NCBI GenBank assembly: GCA_963711565.1
Contig: CAVQEQ010000001.1
Location: 320,001 to 384,000, forward strand
Reading direction: 5' to 3'
DNA: 64,000 bases
DNA from: an uncultured delta proteobacterium
GTDB lineage: Bacteria; Desulfobacterota; Binatia; Binatales; Binataceae
Shown here: in pieces, positions 58,282-64,000 of the stretch
Layout: the number at the start of each line of letters is the position of its first letter
Numbering within the stretch: the stretch's first letter is position 1
Notes under the pieces: generated by a model
Databases searched by the model: none
Told to the model about the DNA's origin: nothing
What the model saw: the letters and a program-made list of their open reading frames with translations, nothing else
Program-made: the position numbers and the translations under genes

Positions 58282-59454
58282 ATGTTTGGTGAGATAAACC
58301 CCCGCAAGAAAGCGCGCGCGCCGTTCATTTCGATTGAGGAAGCGCTCGAGGAGACGCGCCGCGGCCACATGATCATCCTGATGGATGACGAGCAGCGCGA
58401 GAACGAGGGCGACCTCTGCATGGCGGCTGAGAAGGCCACCCCCGAAGCGGTCAACTTCATGGCCAAGTTCGGGCGCGGGCTGATTTGCCTGCCGATGTCG
58501 GCGGAGCGAATCGATCGGCTCGGGCTCAGCATGATGATCGGCGACAACCAGGCGCCGCTCGGCACTGCGTTCACGACGGCGATCACGGCACGGCGCGCGT
58601 CGGGGTCGGGAATCTCTGCGCAGGATCGTTCGACGACGATTCTCCAGGCGGTGCGCGAGGATGCCAGCGGCGCCGAGTTCATCACGCCCGGCTATGTGTA
58701 TCCGCTGCGCGCGCGCGACGGCGGAGTGCTGGTGCGTACCGGGCAGACCGAGGGCGCGGTCGATCTCGCGCGGCTGGCGGGACTCAAGCCGGCGGGCGTC
58801 ATCTGCGAGATTCTGAAGGAAGACGGCACGATGGCGCGGCGCGACGACCTGGTCGAGTTCGCGAAAGTGCACGGGCTCAAGATTGTCACGGTCGCGGACA
58901 TCATCGAGTACCGGCTGCGCAACGAGACGATGGTGCAGCGGATCGCGGAGGCAAAGCTGCCGACCGCGTTCGGCGAGTTCACCGCAATCGTCTACCGCAA
59001 CCTGGTCGACTACACCGAGCACCTGGTGCTGGTGATGGGCAAGGTCGATCCGAAGAAGCCGATCCTCGTCCGGGCGCATCGCGAGTACCTGCCGGGCGAT
59101 GTGTTCGGCTACTCGTTACGCAATACGCGCAACCTGCTGCGGTCGGCCATGGAGCGAATTTCGGCGGCGGGCGAAGGCGTGTTGTTGTATCTCAAGCGCG
59201 AGTCGAACGCGCTGGCGTCGGATTTTGACAGCGGGCGGCCGGCGCGCCGAGCGACGACGCGAGCGAACACGCCCGAGGCTGATTTCCGCGACTACGGAAT
59301 CGGCGCGCAGATTCTGCGCGACGTGGGCGTGCGCAAAATGATCATCATGTCGGACGCGACGCCGCGGCTGGCCAACCTGCCGGGTTACGGATTGGAAATC
59401 GTCGGCTCGGTCCCGCTCTCGACTAACGGCAAGCACAACGCCGCCGCCAAATAG
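58282..59454 (+). CDS. ribB: 3,4-dihydroxy-2-butanone-4-phosphate synthase fused to a degenerate GTP cyclohydrolase II domain
   Basis: DDEQRENEGDL, GLICL, TAFT, GISA.DR, R.GQTE, ICEI...DG.MAR; the C-domain VRAHREYLPGDVFG lacks the Zn-binding cysteines. Confidence 0.9.
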   Translation: MFGEINPRKKARAPFISIEEALEETRRGHMIILMDDEQRENEGDLCMAAEKATPEAVNFMAKFGRGLICLPMSAERIDRLGLSMMIGDNQAPLGTAFTTAITARRASGSGISAQDRSTTILQAVREDASGAEFITPGYVYPLRARDGGVLVRTGQTEGAVDLARLAGLKPAGVICEILKEDGTMARRDDLVEFAKVHGLKIVTVADIIEYRLRNETMVQRIAEAKLPTAFGEFTAIVYRNLVDYTEHLVLVMGKVDPKKPILVRAHREYLPGDVFGYSLRNTRNLLRSAMERISAAGEGVLLYLKRESNALASDFDSGRPARRATTRANTPEADFRDYGIGAQILRDVGVRKMIIMSDATPRLANLPGYGLEIVGSVPLSTNGKHNAAAK

Positions 59455-59511
59455 ATGTACACTGCTCAGGAACCGCGGCGCCGCTCGCATGGTTTAGTTT
59501 TTCGGAAAATC

Positions 59512-61305
59512 ATGACACGCAATTTTCGGTTGTTTTCACACGGCGCGATACTGGTTGGAGTTTTCCTCGCCATATCTTTGCTCGCGGCGCCGCCGGCGCA
59601 TGCCGTCAAGGCAGATGAACTCGTAAAGATCAATTCCGCCACGATCGACCCTCCGCTGAAGGCCGGCGAATCGAGCACGCTCACAGTCGCGGCCAGGGTA
59701 ATTCCGGATTGGCATATCAATTCGGACAAACCGTTCAGCGAAGATTACATCCCGACCAAGCTCCAGGTCAGCGGCCCAGTCAGCGTGACGCCGGGCGCGA
59801 TCAAATACCCGCCGGCGGAAACGATGACGCTCGATCCCGCGGCTGGCGGCGACAAGATTTCGGTGTTTGGCGGCGACCTGAAGTTCGAGGTGCCGCTCAA
59901 GGCGGCCGCCGACTTCGCGCCGAAGCCGGGCGACGAGTTGACAGTTACGATCGACTACCAAGGCTGTAACAACAACGAATGCCTGCGGCCGGCCTCGGTC
60001 AGCACGACCGTCGCGCTTGCGGCTCCAGGAGCGGCAGCGGGCGCGCTCGAGGGTATCGCTGCTGGAGGCTCGAAGAACGACGGCATCGGCGGCGGTGATG
60101 ATGATTCCGCGGGCGCGATCGAGCACATTTTTCTCAATCATGGATGGTTCCTTGGCTTCCTCGCGGTGTTTCTCGGCGGACTGGCGCTGAATCTGACGCC
60201 GTGCGTCTATCCGCTGATCGGCGTGACGATCGCGTACTTCGGCAACCAGGGCGGCGGCCCTCGCCGCGTGATGTACCTGGCTATCCTTTTCGTGCTCGGA
60301 ATCGCTCTGACGTTCTCGTCGGTCGGCGTCGCCGTCGCCATGTCGGGCGGATTATTCGGCGCCGCGATGCGCAATCCGTTCGTGCTCATCGCGCTGTCGA
60401 TGATGCTGCTCGCGCTCGCCGCGTCGAGCTTCGGCCTGTTCGTCCTCCAGCCGCCACAGTGGATAATGCAGCGCGCAGGCGCCGCCCATCCCGGCTATGC
60501 GGGCGCGTTGCTGATGGGCCTTGGGATGGGCGTGGTCGCCGCGCCATGCATCGGGCCGATCGTGCTGGGCCTGCTGCTGATGGTGGAGAAAAGCGGGAGC
60601 GCGCTGTTTGGGTTCGCGCTGTTCTTCACGCTGGCGCTCGGACTTGGCCTGCCGTACATCGGCCTGGCGATGGCGGCCGGGCATATCCGCCGCCTGCCGC
60701 GCTCGGGCGAATGGCTTACGTGGGTCGAGCATCTGTTCGGATTCGTGCTGGTGGGACTCGCGCTCTACTTTCTCGATACCGTCGTGCCGAACAACCTGAT
60801 GACGCGATTCCTGCCCTACTACGCGGCCGGCGTCGGAATTTATCTCGGCTTCATTTCGCGCGAAGGCCGAAGCTGGCGTCCGTTCCTGGTGATGAGGTCG
60901 ACTCTGGGAGTAGTCGCGATAGCCGCGCTGGCATTCCTGCTGTATCCGCGACAGGCGCCGGAGAAACTTCGCTTCGAGCCGTTCAACTCGGAACTGCTCG
61001 CGTCGGCGGCCGAAGCGCGCAAGCCAGTGCTGATCGATTTCAGCGCCGATTGGTGCATCCCGTGCCGCGAGATGGAGCATTCAACCTTCGTCGATCCGTC
61101 CGTGGTCAGCGAGGCCAAGCGCTTCTTACGGATGAAGGCGAATCTGACGGCGCAGGACAAAAAGACTGAAGAACTGACGAGCAAGTACGAAATCCAGGGC
61201 GTGCCGACGACGATGCTGATCGACTCGGCTGGCAAAGTGGCGCAGCGCAAAGTCGGTTATATCGGTCCGCAGGAGATGCTGGCGGACCTAAGACAGGTAG
61301 ATTAA
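59512..61305 (+). CDS. dsbD: DsbD-type thiol:disulfide interchange protein
   Basis: Signal peptide, WHIN and QGC....C (alpha domain), LTPCVYP and APCIGP (TM domain), DF.ADWCIPC (thioredoxin domain). Confidence 0.92.
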   Translation: MTRNFRLFSHGAILVGVFLAISLLAAPPAHAVKADELVKINSATIDPPLKAGESSTLTVAARVIPDWHINSDKPFSEDYIPTKLQVSGPVSVTPGAIKYPPAETMTLDPAAGGDKISVFGGDLKFEVPLKAAADFAPKPGDELTVTIDYQGCNNNECLRPASVSTTVALAAPGAAAGALEGIAAGGSKNDGIGGGDDDSAGAIEHIFLNHGWFLGFLAVFLGGLALNLTPCVYPLIGVTIAYFGNQGGGPRRVMYLAILFVLGIALTFSSVGVAVAMSGGLFGAAMRNPFVLIALSMMLLALAASSFGLFVLQPPQWIMQRAGAAHPGYAGALLMGLGMGVVAAPCIGPIVLGLLLMVEKSGSALFGFALFFTLALGLGLPYIGLAMAAGHIRRLPRSGEWLTWVEHLFGFVLVGLALYFLDTVVPNNLMTRFLPYYAAGVGIYLGFISREGRSWRPFLVMRSTLGVVAIAALAFLLYPRQAPEKLRFEPFNSELLASAAEARKPVLIDFSADWCIPCREMEHSTFVDPSVVSEAKRFLRMKANLTAQDKKTEELTSKYEIQGVPTTMLIDSAGKVAQRKVGYIGPQEMLADLRQVD

Positions 61306-61308
61306 AGA

Positions 61309-61564
61309 GCGGGGCTGCGGCGCCCCGCACCCTCGGCAGGGGTGACCCCTGCACCCGGTATTCGGAAAAAGGAAAGATGCGGGCTAACGCCCTGTTAGGA
61401 AGTTTTGGGCGCGAGGACGCGTAGCGAGCTCGTGCCCCTAATTGCGGATAAGCCTCGACGTTTCTTCCCTGAACTAGTTCTAACAGGGACGAAGTCCCGC
61501 ATCTTCTTCCTAATATTGGGTGCAGGTGTCACCCCTGCGGCGGGCGCGGGGCGCGCAGCCCCGC
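61309..61564. mobile_element. 256-bp foldback element (family C; REPIN/MITE-like)
   Basis: Left arm GCGGGGCTGCGGCGCCCCGCACCCTCGGCAGGGGTGACCCCTGCACCCGGTATTCGGAA...AAGATGCGGGCTAACGCCCTGTTAG matches the reverse complement of the right arm over about 90 nt with mismatches. Confidence 0.75.
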
Positions 61565-61637
61565 ATACGATTCTCGCGACGCGCTGCGCTTCACATTACG
61601 TCCCAGCTCTCGTACATTCGCGGTATGAGGTTTTGCC

Positions 61638-62327
61638 ATGGCTGCGAATGACGGATTTGTGCGCGAGATTTTCTCGATGGTGAAAGAGCGGCGCTCTTTC
61701 GGACGGCATCCGATTTGGCATCGAATCGCCGATGGGAAAGTCTCGCAGGCCGGGTTGTGCAACTTCGCGGTCCAGTTCTTTCTGCAGGTGCGTGAATTCC
61801 CGCGAGCGCTGAGCGCGTTGCATTCGCGATGCGTCAACGCCGAGGAGCGGGTGAAGCTCGCCGAGAGCCTGTACGAAGAGGAGACCGGCAAAGTTTCCGG
61901 CAGCGCGCCGCATCCCGAATTGTTCATCCGGCTCGGACTCGGGCTGGGGCTAAGCCGCGACGACATGATCCATGGCAAGGCGCTGCCCTCGACGGCGGCG
62001 CTGATCGACTGGTTCGAGCTCTCGACCAAGGACCGCTCGTTCGCCGAGGGAATCGGCGCGATCAATCTCGCGGCGGAGGGCCAGGTGCCGGGCAACTTCG
62101 CGCCGTTCGCGCGCGCGCTCGAAAAAAATTACGGACTTTCGCGCGAGCAAGTCGCGTTTTTCGACGTGCATGAAATCGCCGACCGCGACCATAGCGATGT
62201 CGGCGACAACATCCTGAGTCACACGCCGATGAGCGAAGTGGAGCGCGCGAAAGTGCGGGCCGCCGTAGAGCGCTCGCTCGAGATGTGGTGGCAATTCTTC
62301 GACGGAATTCAGCGCGCCTGCGAGTGA
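61638..62327 (+). CDS. Heme-oxygenase-like diiron redox protein (CADD/PqqC/TenA superfamily)
   Basis: FPRALSALHSRC, LYEEETG...H.EL, AEGQVP, FFDVHEIADRDH metal-ligand set. Confidence 0.88.
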   Translation: MAANDGFVREIFSMVKERRSFGRHPIWHRIADGKVSQAGLCNFAVQFFLQVREFPRALSALHSRCVNAEERVKLAESLYEEETGKVSGSAPHPELFIRLGLGLGLSRDDMIHGKALPSTAALIDWFELSTKDRSFAEGIGAINLAAEGQVPGNFAPFARALEKNYGLSREQVAFFDVHEIADRDHSDVGDNILSHTPMSEVERAKVRAAVERSLEMWWQFFDGIQRACE

Positions 62328-62601
62328 CATTTTGGGTTGCGAATAGATCGAATTTCTGCCTTTTGCACGGTGAATCTGTGCGTATCCAATTTGGCAAAAT
62401 GCCGTTCTGTTATCGGCTCCGTCTGCTTTTAAGAAAACGTTCCCGCACCGTCAAATCCTGAAGCCGAAAAACGTACACTGAGTGGCTACTTTTCTATGCA
62501 CAGGGTTATGATTCAAATATCGTTTGATTAGCCCGTCGAGCGACTCAGTCTTCCTTTACTTTAGTGCCGCGGACGAATACAATTTTTGCTGGTGGTGGTG
62601 A

Positions 62602-64000
<1,399 letters not shown>

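Overview
GC-rich bacterial chromosome segment made mostly of core genes. In order: tolQRAB-pal-cpoB-ribF; hemDE(fused)-hemH-hemY-dinB; marR-leuCD-rluD-rho; rpsB-tsf-pyrH-frr-uppS-cdsA-rseP-tsaB-DUF465-ilvN-ilvC-psd-pssA; leuA-leuB-asd-like-truA-HU; rarA; type II pantothenate kinase with two CaiB/BaiF CoA-transferases; lolC/E; SCP2; selA; MFS; GH36/galK/NTP-transferase; ribB fused to a degenerate GCH II; dsbD; a CADD-like diiron protein; start of gyrB. Gene order is deltaproteobacterial-like, and the LLM, CoA-transferase and SCP2 content would fit Candidatus Binatota (inference only). No rRNA, tRNA or CRISPR was seen. Notable non-core signals: (i) at least four unrelated families of short palindromic repeats, including a RAYT gene bracketed by inverted REPs, a hairpin/G-quadruplex 'GGGGTTAGGGGTTAGG' family partly nested in a CTAG-flanked MITE, and a 256-bp foldback; (ii) an integrase-less 2.45-kb islet of unknown genes bounded by a duplicated promoter-like repeat; (iii) a Leu-rich leader-peptide attenuator before leuA; (iv) several enzymes lacking canonical catalytic residues (Asd-like, GCH II, one CoA-transferase, CADD-like); (v) an MFS gene whose conserved N-terminus has no canonical start codon. 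All calls come from reading the sequence by eye; no searches were run.
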